This document shows, piece after piece, positions 40,652 through 53,824 of a stretch of DNA of 64,000 nt (positions are counted from its first letter, which is position 1; each line of letters begins with the position of its first letter). A program made the translations under genes and the position numbers. Below the pieces are notes generated by a model. It was not told the DNA's origin and did no database searches. It was given only the letters and a program-made list of their open reading frames with translations. The DNA comes from Harriotta raleighana (Eukaryota): assembly GCA_050575255.1 (NCBI GenBank), contig JBNZDD010013686.1, forward strand, positions 785,769 through 849,768. The letters run 5' to 3'.

Positions 40652-41839
40652 TTGACATAATGACATTGACCTTCACTAACACCTTTGCTCTCAACTGAAG
40701 GGCATCAAACAAAATCGGAATGAGTACATCAGCGAATAGAAAAAAAAGGGGAAAAACAAAGAAAACAAAAGGTCATTAGTGAAGATTCATGACCATAATT
40801 GGGAAGATGATGTGTAAGATGCAAAAGTGCTTACAAGCCAATTTGGTGGTCTAATGTACCGATTATGTAGTAGCACAGACATTGATTTAGCATTAAGCAG
40901 TAATTTCTCTATCTCACTCCTTCACACAATAGGCAGAAAATACAAACTTCAGCTAATTGCAATAACTACCAACCATCAAAATGTCATCATAATTTCAGCT
41001 AAGTACAAGCAACCGATTACAATATTAACACACATAAAATTGGATATATTTAGTAGCTTACTGTTAAATGACCAAACCATGTCAAAACAGCAGTATATTA
41101 CTAATTACGGTACTTATGGTTTTAGAAGTAGTTACCATTTAAATTGTGTTTCAATGCAATGGGATCCCTTTAAGCAAAGCACTGCAGGGGAAAAAACGAT
41201 CAACTGGGAAATGGGTCATTTTGAGAGTATTGATTAAAGGGAAATAAACTGGATTCTCTGTTAATTCTGATCACAATCAGTTCGTAACACAATTGCATTT
41301 CTGTGGGAGCTGTAATCATGCCTTTATTCTGTCTGTGCTTTTCACGTCAACCAAGGGTTGAAAAATATCATGTTGCATAATGGATTTGTTACAATAATTG
41401 AATCAGATATGACATGTTGAATTTTTCACTTGCAGGTTTCAACGCAGGTTGCTTTGGTGGTGAGCTCTAATGTACTGTGGTGGAGTGATGATTTTGCGTA
41501 ACTCCTAGGCATTAGACCTTTATTTTAAAAGGGCTATTTGTGTACCTAGATATTAGGTTCTGTTCAATAATTCCATGTACTATCCCTTGGCATCAACATT
41601 TGCACAGATATTTCCAGAGCCAAGTCAGAACCTTGCATGACTGCAGGATTCAGTAAGAAGCAATAATGCTAAAGATCCTGAATTGGCTATAGTTCAATAT
41701 GACACCTGTAATGACAATCAAATGTTGTGTTGTGGTAAAAAGGTTTTCCTGACCAAGGTGTTGATGCTCAACAGAAAAGAATTTAAATTTATTTCGCGCT
41801 GTTCATGTGGGGTAGCATCTTAGAAACGGGAGATCATAG

Positions 41840-41985
41840 AATTGGAAGAGAGAAGTCTTCAGGTGTGATTCGAAGTTGGAAAAAGAGGGGACAAGGTAGA
41901 GAGACTGAAGCAGAGGGTTACAGAGTTTTGAGGCAGACTGGCTGAAAGCATGGCTGCCAATGGTGGAGCAGGTCACAAAGTTATG
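41840..41985 (-). mobile_element. L2 ORF2 C-terminal fragment
   Basis: TIGSHAFSQSASKLCNPLLQSL...FESHLKTSLF. Confidence 0.75.
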
Positions 41986-44309
41986 TGTATGTGAAGATCT
42001 TAAAAATCGATCTGTTCTGCTATTTCCAGTGAAGCCTGGCAAGGACTGGAGTGATGAATCTTGTTTAATGCTCATTATATTACACCGATAATTTTTTTCT
42101 AAAATTATGTTTTTAATATTTGCAAGCAGAAGACGCTTTGAATGAAGAATTGTTTTGGATTTGGTACCTACTCTTTACTACAATTATATACATGAAATAT
42201 TACTCAACAAGCACACCAATATACTGTATGACTGCACTATAACCTCACGCTTGGGAATGTCTCCTATATTCTACACATTGAAATTTAATTTCAAAGGCAC
42301 GTTAGAATATTTCAGCATTTCCCATTGCACCAAGGAAACAGAAGTGTCTCAGTGACTGATCTCCATACTTGAAAGTAGTGAGAGGAAATCTGACACTTGG
42401 CTATGCCTTTTGTGCCATTAACAAATTCACTGGAGATGCCATTTGCCCCGAAAACAATTGATTGACATTCGCTTAGAAAGATAATCATTTCACCAGCAGC
42501 CATTTTATAGATTCAAGTGATGTCAGTAAAGGTCAACTTTGATTGCTTTAGTCTCCCTAATAAATTGAAGTAAAATCATTCGTATAAGAGTTGAATACTT
42601 CAAGGTGATAAGACAATGACACAGGTAAATATTATGATCCCAAACTGTATTTATTTTTTCCTCAATGGTGAAAGTTTTGACATATTTTGCAAAATTTTAC
42701 TCATTATCCTTCCTGGATACAGTTTGAAACTTGGACCATTTTGAAATAATTATTAGTCAGTGGCAAAAAAAAATCAGAAAATTTTAATTTATTATCATTG
42801 CTAATATTCTAATAATAAATATTCGTTTCTGCTTTCACACTGCAAGATTAATTACTATCACACTTTCAACTGCAAAATACCTGGGTATGTTGACAAAAAA
42901 CGTTTTCCTTTTTTTCTCAACTTCCCTGGTTATTTTTCACTTTGAAAATACTTTATTGAACTACAATGGTAAACCTATTGAATTACACTCAGAAAATGTA
43001 ATTTAACTGCAGAATAAATAGAAACATACAGATAACAGATTAAAAATACAAACTTCATTAGTTAGCTCATCTTTCACATGGAGAAGCACCCTCCACAAAA
43101 TCCGCTAAATATAAAACGTATGTTTAAACAGGTATTGTCTTCACAATTTGTGAAATGCGGTATATAAAAGTAATTTTTCTGATGTTGTTGGCAGAGGGAG
43201 AAAATCAGAGGATCTTAATACCATTTCCTTAGTGCACAATAATGTTGCACATTTGCAAGGCTGTTAATGTAATCACATCACACGTAATCGCATTACAAAT
43301 AGAAAAAACTTCTCACAAAACATTTCCCTGGAGTTGCACACGGTTTTCTTACAGCTGTGTACATTATACAGCTGTACAGAATGAATTGCCTTTCTTCACT
43401 TGAAAGTCAAAGATCCCTCACTTTCACATCTTTGCACTGAGCAGCACTAGTTTGTGTCCTTTTTTAAAATCAATACATTCATGCCTTGAGGTGAATACAC
43501 ATGTAGAACACTGATGGAATCCTACCTTTTGCAGTCACAACCCTCAGCAAATCTCCCAGTACCCACAGACGGCTCACATTTTGCTGAAGAACTTAAGATA
43601 TTAAATTTTTTAATGTTATGAATTCCTAAATAATGAAATTCCACTTAGATTTTTATTTTAAAAAAGAGCTGACCGATATCCAGAGGCTTCAAACCTAATC
43701 CTTTCACATACTAGTATCCATTATGAAGGACTTGCTTAAGCCTGAGGCAAAATTTAGGAGTATTCACTGAATTACTGTTCAGTCTTCAAGCCAATTTAAA
43801 GTTCCTTCCATGTACAATTTCATACTTATTCTTAACTCTTCACTAAAATTAATGGTTTCTTCAATTAGAATATTGTATCTAAACAGGGTTAGTGGATGGA
43901 ACAAATATCATTTAGCTTTTTCTTGATGATTTTTTTCACTCAAAGAGAACTCAATACCGGGGATTGAAAGCTTTCTCACTTCAAACCTTTCCAAGTAGAA
44001 TATACCACAGTACTAGAGTAGAATCTTTCTCCTTTTGTTCTTCCTCAACCCTCTCGTCAGTGTTCATGATATTTGCAGATAAATCCAAAACAAGACTGTC
44101 CTGTGCAAAATGTCCCGTCTCCACAGTTTCCAGTATTGACAGAGACTTAGCTTCAAGGATTTTTCCGTTTTAGCATAAATACTTTCTCATTGTTTTACTT
44201 AATCGTTTCTATATGAACTAATGAATAATGCTACACATTAGCTGTGTAGCATATTAGATGTGTAACATCTAGTATGCTACACATATTAGATATATAACAC
44301 ATATTACAT

Positions 44310-44662
44310 CTTTCCCTCCCTCTTCTCCCTTGCTCCCCTTTCTCCCCCCTTTTCTCCGATTTCCCCCTTGTCCCCCTTTCTCCCCTTTTCCTCCCTGATT
44401 TTACCCCACCCCGCCTTTCCTTCCATTTCCCCCTTACCCTCTTTTCCCTCTTTCTCCTCCAGCCCCACTTCCACGACTGTTTGTGGGACACTGCCGTGCG
44501 CAATTTGGCTGCCACGTTTTCGCCCCACAAATATACAGTCAATTTTTCCTACTTTCTTTCCCCCGAACCCCCCCCTACCCCCGCTCTGATCCCTACTTGA
44601 CTGTATAGCGCCTTGGGATGTCCTCCTGATGTGAAAGGCGCGATATAAATGTAATTTTGATT
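44310..44662 (+). mobile_element. SINE variant: pyrimidine tract, shared body and a second tail type
   Basis: cacgactgtttgtgggacactgccgtgcgcaatttggctgcc body, then agcgccttgggatgtcctcctgatgtgaaaggcgcgatataaatgtaattttg. Confidence 0.7.
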
Positions 44663-47600
44663 GATTAATGTATGAGCCCCATTAAGCTCTATTAGTTTTA
44701 TTATAAGCCTGTTTTAAAGATAATTGGTAACACGCCAAAATAAAATAATTTAGCAAAATATCATGGAGAAAAATAATCTTTTATAAGTCTTACTCATCGA
44801 CAATAAATTGGAGATAATTCGAATTTTTCATTTTAATCTTCGGCAAGAGATTATATGGTATGGCTTTAAATATTAACACAGATGGCATTTAGATGTGGGG
44901 CAATTTCATAGTGAAATAGCCTGGAGTCATAGAAATCCAGTTTGTGATTTTTGGTGCTTCTCAAAGGCTCTTTTTTTTTAAATGCCAGCTACAATTGTTT
45001 AATTCTGAGCTTGACAATATCACTGACATCATTTGTACAGCAATGCAAGCAGGAAGTGCCCTTCGTGTCACTAATGGGAGGGTGGCAGAGCTCCATGTAT
45101 ATTATTTAAAGTGCACTCACGGAGTGTGTTTTTTTTTTAACCAGACTCTTACACTGCTACTAACTGAACAGAGCTAAAAACATGTCTGGCTCTTTGCAAT
45201 TAGTAGAGAAGAGAATAGGGATAATTACTTGAACCAAGCAAATAAAAGGCAGGTATTCTGGCCTTGGCTGTTGTTGGAAAGAAACATCCTGGAAAGAGTC
45301 TGGCTTATGCTGACATTTTTGAGATTGTGCCATCAAAAGTAGGAATACAAAGCTCCGCACTTGCACCAACAACAACTTGTATTTATATAGCAAACTTCAT
45401 GTGGGGCAGTGTCCCAGAGCGCTTGACAGTGGCAAGAGTCTGATTCCGAGCCGGGGTGGGGGGGAGTGAGGAGCATGTGCCGTTCGCAATAAACACCTTG
45501 ACACAAGACCAGTGCAAAACATTGAGTAATAACAAGTGTGTCTGCAGTAATCATTAACTGAAACATACAACAAACCCACTGTAGCTATGGATTATTATAT
45601 CACTGGAACACTTCACAGGGTGGTGCGAGAAATGACTGCCACTTCTCAGATGGCCCCACTCATCCCTGTCAATCCCCTAGTGATAAACTACCATAGAATG
45701 TACACCTGTGTGTATTGTGTGATGCAATATCTATTCATGTATTATACCAATACCTGAGAAAGAGTTACTGTTTGCCATTAAAATATCGACTAGTGTGCCT
45801 CCTTCTCCTGCTAAACTTCCTAAAATATCACATTAAATGATGGAACAATCCCAACAAGTTGATTTTTTCAGATTGCGCTTGTGGGATTTATGTCCATGAA
45901 CATTGCAAACCCCAATCTACATCGTCAATTCGCTACACTAATTTCAAGCAGTATTGTGGCATGCCAACTTGGAGCCAGTTCAGCTCGCTTAGGTTAATGT
46001 GCTGACGCCTGCTCTATTTTATGCTTAGAGATGGTCTAAAAATGATCTCAAATGTTTCCAGTGGTTGGAAGATACACTCTTCTAAATCTAAATTGTCAAG
46101 AATGACAAGATGTTATGTTAAGAATGTTGCTGAAGTAACTTGAGGCTAAATTGGATTCTCTGGAGAATGTGTCATTCCAAGTACGTACTGTATCTCTTTT
46201 TGAATATCTATAAAGAGTTTGTCATTTTATACACAGATTAACTATAGACCTTGCTCGGTTAGATGACAGTGAAGGAGAAAGTGTTCATTTGTTATTGATG
46301 GTTTGATATAAAGAAGAACAAGTGGCCTTCGGTTTGTCACAAATTGCAATAGAGGTGTTGTTTCTTTGTTTTGTTGTGCCCACAATATTACACTTTTGAT
46401 AACATAAATAATGAAGATAGTCTCTGTTTCTCAATGTTGGAACACGATTCTGAGCCAATCAGAATTTTATTATAAATAACTTACCATTCCCAATTCAAAT
46501 TTAGAAATCAATGTAAGGCATTTTAAACAGGACTGTAACCAGCAGAACCATTACATAAGATGCTATACAAAAAGCATTCAAAAACTGCAGTGCCAGTGAA
46601 AATACTTGTTTGGTCACAGCAAACTGCAAACATAAAGGAAAAGTGCAATGCTGGGATAATTGCTTTCCAGCACAGAACGGTGGAAGTGGCTTATGTCGTC
46701 TCATTCGTGTGTGAATCCATCTTATGTCTGCACAGAGATTAACATTCCAGTCTTCCTTAATTCTGAACATTTCTAAATGAAAGAACTACCAGATCAGATC
46801 TTCTTACATGGTGATAGGTTTGTGTAAAATTTCAATCTAAACAGGTATCGTAAAATTATAATTGTCTTTAAATTCTACAAAGTTTCAGAGCCATTAAAAT
46901 TTATGTTCTTCTGAGTTCACGAAATAAAATTGCTTTTAAACTCTGGGTTGTTTGTAGTGCACTCCAAATCATTTCAGTCTGGCTAATGGGACTGATCGAA
47001 TAATTCAGTGTGACAGAACACAGAGCTTGTCAGATCAGGATGGTAGCTTTATGAGGAGCATCTAAGCAGATTTGTACAGCGAGGTATAGAATATGCTTCA
47101 TTAAAATAATAGCATCTAATTGGCTGCCAAGTGAGGAATGCAACATTCCAAGAGTTTCATTTCAAATGAAAAGCAAACACTATTTATAAAGAGGCCATGC
47201 AATGACCTATTTACCAATGCTACATTATAGAAACACATACCTTGTGCAACACCGGGTTTTAAATGCATTAAATCATTCAGGTTTAGTCTCTAAAATCCCC
47301 CAAGATCGAGAATCAAGGTGGAGGTAGATAGATGGGGGAGAAAAGCTTAGTATAAAATCTAATCAATAACAAATCCTTCATAACGCAGACATGGAATTTA
47401 GGTGAAGCTAACATTTGATTATATTTCTATGGACTGAGCCCTCTTGGATCGCTCGGTAGACTGACTGACAACAGAAATGTTATGAACAATATTGTGTTGT
47501 AATATGCTTTGCCTATCACAACATGAATCTCAGTAAACACACATTCCATTCATGAGTTCGATTCCAGGCAGGGCGAAACCTTGGGCAAATTTCCTTACTC

Positions 47601-47736
47601 CACGTACCTAATAATAATCCTTCCAAAAAAATAATAAATTGGTCATTTAAATTCACAACTGTTTGTGGGACACAGCTGTGCACAATTGGCTGCTGCATTT
47701 CGCCCACATATACACAGCCAATTCACTTTACAGTAT

Positions 47737-47844
47737 CAAAAATAGAAATTGCTGGGAAAACTCAGCAGGTCAGCAGCATCCATGGAGAAAGAAAGGTGAG
47801 TCAACGTTTCGGGTCCACGACCCTTCATCAGAACATGTCTGCTC
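47737..47844 (-). mobile_element. 108-bp Penelope-type terminal fragment inserted inside a SINE, with a 14-bp TSD
   Basis: TCACTTTACAGTAT is duplicated at 47723-47736 and 47845-47858. The insert matches 40561-40651. Penelope affinity is inferred from the hammerhead motif. Confidence 0.8.
47800..47834 (-). ncRNA. Minimal type I hammerhead ribozyme motif (predicted)
   Basis: Minus strand reads GUU-CUGAUGA-A-GGGUC-GUG-GACCC-GAAA-CG-UU-GAC: both conserved core boxes, a 5-bp stem II, palindromic AACGUU in place of stem III, and a 3-bp stem I. Confidence 0.65.
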
Positions 47845-48787
47845 TCACTTTACAGTATATTCTGTGATGCGCTTTGAAACGTCTAGGGGATGTGAAAAAC
47901 GCTACATCAAATGCAAGGATTATTATTATGTTGTACGATGTGTGCAGCATGTACATACAAATAAGAGAGTGAGAGATTAAGAGTTGTAAGAATATTGCAG
48001 TAGTGCTATATCATAGTGACGGTGCAGCAGTGTTTTAATTTATTTCCTCCAGAATTTTTGTCTGCAAGCATGCTTGGGTATAGTTTCAATATCTTGCCCC
48101 AGTGACCATAATTCATAATTAGCAGTCAATTTGTCTGTGAAATACATGCATCAAACCGACCCAATTCTGCTCTCAACTGGTGCCCACACATTATTGGTAT
48201 ATGTGAGATTTTCAGCAAGGAAAAGAAAAAGATTAGCATCCAGTGATTGAATTTCCTTATCTTCTTTAGTTACCTGCACATATGTTAATCTTGTACCAGT
48301 GTAATTAAACAGCCTGAAGATCTACTTGGACAAAACACATGGATTCACATCTCCTTCTGATCATCCAACCAAAGCTAAAGCGAACAATAAAATGATGGAG
48401 CAAATTAATCAAAATTAAGCTAAGTTTCCACGATATTGTTTCATGAACCCAGGAATAATTAATTATTCAAGTTGTTGCTCTGCTCATTTCAGGAATGGGA
48501 CCAGCCTTTGCAACTGCCCAAAATATAGGATCCAAACCTGAAATGTAACAGCAATAAGAAATACAATTGTTCGGATCTCCTTTTGAACTGTATTCTCTGG
48601 CTACATTATCAGACAGATCTAACCATAATCTTTTGGATCATATAATTTGAATCAATTAATATCTATAAAGTGTAGTAAACTATTATTTTTGCTGCCACCA
48701 TGAAACCTGGGTTTTAAAGCGTTTTCATTGGTTTTACAAACCATAATTGAGGACAAATTTGGGGTTATTTAGCAATCTCACACAGGC

Positions 48788-49559
48788 TGGTTTGGGAAAT
48801 GAAAACATTAAAACTTCTGCAGTAGAAGTTGCATGTCTGAGATCAGATTTGAAGTACAGTACTTTGCTTGTGCCTGTATAGAGGGACTTTTACTCACTCC
48901 ATTCTATACTTGATCTGGGAGTGCTTGATTTTGGCAGACTAGAAAGTTTATTCTTAGTCCTCAGATCTGAAATCTCTCATCATGAATAAAAAACACAGAA
49001 AGGGTTAAATATATAAATTCCCCAAATACAAAAGAACCTGCTACATTTCACAAAGATTTAAATTACAGTACTAGGATTAGATCAGAAAGTATTTTGAAAT
49101 AGTGAGGATTCTTCATTCATTCAACGTAGGTAAATTCAAGCAAAATGATGAGTGGAACCATTTTCTCCTTTGTTCCACATTAGCTCGTTCTTCTGGTTGG
49201 TTGATTTCCTCCTCCCAAACGCAGGATATTAAGGCCCGAATTTTATCTTTGATTGAGAGATCCCTCATAAAAGTATAAAATGATCCTGAGAAATCAAAAA
49301 GGCAAAGCTGGAACTTATTGGTCTCTGTTTTAGCAGATCTCTGTCTGATAGATTCACCATCAGTACTCAGATCACATTTCTGACACTAAATTATCTAGAA
49401 ATATGAAATTAAAGGCATCTTCCACTATTTGACATATGTGGGGGTGGGGGGAGGGGAGGGGGGATGTGGGTGGGTGGTTGAACAGACTGAAACTCTTAAG
49501 ATGGTTTGGGAAATGAAAATATTAAAACTTCTGCAGTAGAAGTTGCATGTCTGAGATCA
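48788..49559. repeat. 58-bp direct repeat pair (48788-48845 and 49502-49559), one mismatch
   Basis: TGGTTTGGGAAATGAAAAYATTAAAACTTCTGCAGTAGAAGTTGCATGTCTGAGATCA occurs twice, offset 714 bp. Confidence 0.95.
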
Positions 49560-51489
49560 TAGCACATTCCATCTGACAATTTCCCAAGAGGCATAAAATT
49601 CATATTTTTCTATCACTAACAGAAAGTCATATAAAGTTTTAGTTTCCAGCTCTTGCGAATGACAGCAGCCCTACTGTTTTTTTAAAGTTGCACATCTGAC
49701 TTAATATCTTACATGGTTGTCAGATTTGACAGAATTTAAATTCAAGTCCAACAGTTAGGGTTTGGCTCCTCCACAAATGATCCATTTTATTCTAACATCT
49801 TAAGAAATCGCTGATATGTGCTCAATCAAATCCAATGTGCTCTTGCAATCCTGAGCAGTTTTGTACATCCCACAAGATGCATTGGCTGTTTTAAGATTCT
49901 GGCTAAAGAAATGCAGTTTAAAAATCAAATTGTACATGCGTCAGCACAATGGATTTCAGGTTTGTGTGCAGTTTTCATTTTCTGGTCTGCATCAAGTTAA
50001 AAAAAGGCCACATGTGATTTAAACAGTTAGGTTGATCACATTGCTTTGTAACTGAGCCTGGTATTGTTTTAATAATGCACGATTATTTCTGGTTCAATGA
50101 TAATACAAGTATATTGGTTTGATCGAAAACACATTCAGATGAGTTTTAAATGTCCTGTACATTTTAAACAACTGACCTTGCCCATATTTCAGCAGTTAAC
50201 ATAGGGGATAAAGTAGAAAACTAGATCAGAGGAAATCACAAAGAGTACATTAGAATAAATGATTTAGCAATAGCCTAAAACCTAAATTTGAAAATTAGCA
50301 GTTAGATTTTAGGGCTCATTAATTACTAAATGCTAATTGTAACATTTGGATGCAACAACCAAACCTCTATTTTCTAAAGGTCACCGTTTAGCAGGGAACA
50401 CAATTGGGTTGGCTGGAGTGAAAATTATTCTCATTTTATAAAATCCATGTTTTACAAGTGGTGAGAATGGGTGAATATATACAGTATTTGAGTTTTTCTT
50501 TTTCAGAAAAACCTGCATTAACACTTTCTGAGAAAATGAAAACTCTCAGTAAATTTCAGGCAATCCAGTCTGTAATCAATCAAATCCAAATTTGAATGGA
50601 GTTGCATCTGGGTCAATTTACAACTGAAACTGCAAAAGTTAAAATTATTCAAGTCAACTATATTATTTAATACAGTTAAGTTGGCTTTAACAATACACTG
50701 TACATAAAAATGAGAAGTATCTGGTGAGAAAGGGATTCATATTTGGTCTATTTATTTAGCATTTCAACACATCCAGAATTTGTTAAATCCTGAATTATTT
50801 CAGAGTTTTGGAGCTATGACTGAATTAAACAATTTGTCAAATTGTGGATGCTTTGGATTGCTAAGAAAATAAGAGTAAATCTAAACCCAAGAGCATTTTG
50901 TTTTAAAAACAAGAAAAAACTTGTATTGGTGTTTCAATATGACAAAGGAAACAAATCTGCAATACAAACGTATGATAACCAGACCATACAAGAAAGGCAA
51001 AGTGAGGAGAGAGAGAGAAAAAACACTATTGTGATTCATTGGTGGAGACCAGAAAGCAGGTTATTTGTTTTTCATTTCAGCAAGGGAGGAGGGTGCAATG
51101 CAAAATAACTCAAATAGGATAGAATAATGTATTCATGTCTATATTTTGAGATGATGCAGAAGGAAATGTGGATATGCTATTTTGTTTTAGAAAGAATAAT
51201 GACTCTGCCTGTTGTTTTATTTCTTTTGAATGAAACTGGTAGTAAACAATAGTTAATATTATGTGTATTTAATTTGTATTAATACAGCAGTTTACAATTT
51301 CAGTTTACTCAGTACAGGGTCATAAAAGATCAAAATTCAGAAACCCAATTAAATCCCTCCAGAAGTAGTATTCCTTACTTAAAACATATTTTCCATACAA
51401 CTCACGTGACTGAAATCATTGAAATGGCCAAAGTGACTCCATTAGTTAGTTCTCAAGTCGATAGATGGCCATCTTCATGATAGCTCACT

Positions 51490-51595
51490 CACAAAATACA
51501 TGGTCAATCCACTTTACAGTACTGTATATTCTGTGGAGTGCTTTGAGACATCTCGACATCGTGAAAGGCACTATATCAAATGCAAGGGTTATTAT
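51490..51595 (+). mobile_element. Main SINE 3' fragment
   Basis: Family tail. Confidence 0.8.
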
Positions 51596-52214
51596 AGATT
51601 TCCTTTGTTCTCTGAAACAAACTTCAAAATAACATAGAGATGCTGTGAAATATATTCAGCAAATTCCTCCCATCTCAAAATCCCTTCAAAATATTAAAAA
51701 AGCTGTGAATTGCAGGAGTTACTATTGAACAACAATGAGCAATACTGTTGTTTGAAAGATATTTCTTCTGTCAAGATAAAACTATATTAGATAATTAAGG
51801 TAAAGTCTGTGTCAAATATATTAAACCATATATTAATGAACAGTAGAATATTTCAGTTTAACAGCGAGGAAGATCTTAAATCTATGTTGATTAAATCAGG
51901 GTTCGTTTTCTATTACTTTGTGTGAAAAGGGTATGGATTTGGCCAAGATAAGGAAACAGGAATTTTTTCATTTTAAAATGGATTTCTCTACTGGAGGTGT
52001 TGTTTAATGCTTTACTTGACTGTCTCACCAATACAGCAAAGTCATCTGCTGTTCTTGATCTGGCATTTGCCAAAGAGCATAGCTTTATATGTTTCACGCA
52101 CATATAAAGCTTTACACACTTCCTTGTTAATTATTTTCTTGGTGACTTTGAGGCAAGTATGCTTTTCCACAAACAACACAATAACAATTTACCCATAGTA
52201 ACACAGTGAAAAGC

Positions 52215-52362
52215 AGGGTTCATTAATCTTTCACGACTGGCGACAGATTTCATCATTACCAAAATACAGTAAATTCATTTTACAGTATATTCTGTGAAAT
52301 GCTTTTGAGACGTCTCAAAGACGTGATAAGGTGCTTTATCAAATGCAAGGATTATTATTATC
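52215..52362 (+). mobile_element. Main SINE 3' fragment
   Basis: Family tail ending caaggattattattat. Confidence 0.8.
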
Positions 52363-53383
52363 ATACATATACATAGTTTGGTCACTTAGTTACAAAGTGG
52401 AAATGCCCTGGCACTTAAGATGTTAAAACAAAACTTTCACATTTCCCATTTTAAAAAAGCCCTCAGACAATTTCATTTTTGTTCATTTAAGATTGGAGAC
52501 TCCTGCTGCTTTGAAGAGCCATTTTATTTTATTTTTAATAAATATGGTCCACTGTCTGTTATGAAATCTATAAAAACAATTCTTAAATTCTAATCACATT
52601 TTTATGCATTCATTGCTGCACCCACCACCGTCAGCTCCATTTACCGTTTCTCCTTCACACCCTCACAACTCACTCAATCTGCGAATTTCTGCCATCAACT
52701 TGAGAACACTGTACTTCTCATCAAAGCTGCTTCCCTCCATCCATCACACTTACTCATATCCCTCAGTCTCCGTTCTATTATCCAACACAATGTCTCCTGA
52801 TTTCAAATTCATTGGGCCTAAATTGTCAAATATCTGGAGATTTATTTTACGATGCTCATGGGAGAGGAATGGATGGCTCAGGATGTTTGGAAAGTTAGGA
52901 CTTGCTTGAGATATTTCTATTGCAATGTTACTGAATAGCTTTTATCCCCATGTAATTCTAGTTAACCTTCGTTCTATTTACATGTTAAGTCTTTAAATCT
53001 TGTAAATTGATGACATGGTTGTAAAATTAAAAAAATTAAATTAAACCATTGTTGTTTATCTTAAAATCTATAAACCTCATAAATAGATTTTCTTTCTCGT
53101 TGCCCTATATATCGCTTACTATTCTTTAATCAAGAATAAAATTACCATTTTCATATGAATTAGGACTTTGTACCTATTTATAAAATGGTCCACATTAATC
53201 TCAGATATAATCATTAAAAAGTGTTGTTTTAATGAGAATGTTATTGATCATTGGTGTGAAGGCAAAAGTTACACATAGTGAGCTATATACATTTTGTGTC
53301 CTTAGCCAAGCATGCATCAATGGTCATTTAGTAAGGGTGCAAATTAGGAAAAAAATGAAGGCTTAGTTGTTTCAGTTAAATTT

Positions 53384-53389
53384 TTTATT
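53384..53389 (-). terminator. Candidate polyadenylation signal AATAAA
   Basis: Plus-strand tttatt at 53384-53389, about 1.05 kb after the stop, with a T-rich stretch a little further downstream on the minus strand. Confidence 0.5.
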
Positions 53390-53824
53390 GAACAAAATGT
53401 TGAGCCTAATAGTTCAAATCCACTGAGCTGCAGCAGCACTCCTGCTGAAGCCGCACATTGTGCTAAATAACCTCATTAACCAAGATGTACAGAAGGCAGA
53501 GGCAGCACAGTGTTGATCTATATAGCAAACAAAGGAGAAGGCTACAGTTGATGATGGTTATTTGGTCAGCTGGTAAATATTTGACTTAAGTCACATTGAA
53601 AGATGCAAAAACAAAATAAGTCCTTATCTTTTAAAATTCAATATAGATAAAGAGATGGGTTGCACAAATACAGTATTGCATTCTGGAATCCAAGCTCTCA
53701 GCGCCGCACTGCACTTAAATAGAAACTGAGAAGCAAGGTCCATCCCTTAATTTCAAACAGCTGAAGCATTCAATTAGTTCAGGTCAACATTTTAATGGAA
53801 AATAAGCAAAATACAGTCTGAGAT

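Larger units (their letters stand above)
47553..47930 (+). mobile_element. Main SINE (from the B box onward) hosting the 108-bp insertion
   Basis: gttcgattccaggcagggcgaaaccttgggcaa...caaggattattatt, continuous across the insert. Confidence 0.9.

Noticed and set aside
43980-44170. Protein-like minus-strand frame KILEAKSLSILETVETGHF...EEEQKEKDS
   Set aside because: Only about 60 codons between stops, with no recognisable family or clear splice sites.
44231-44589. Lys/Arg/Gly-rich and Pro/Ser-rich ORFs
   Set aside because: Translations of a polypyrimidine low-complexity tract.
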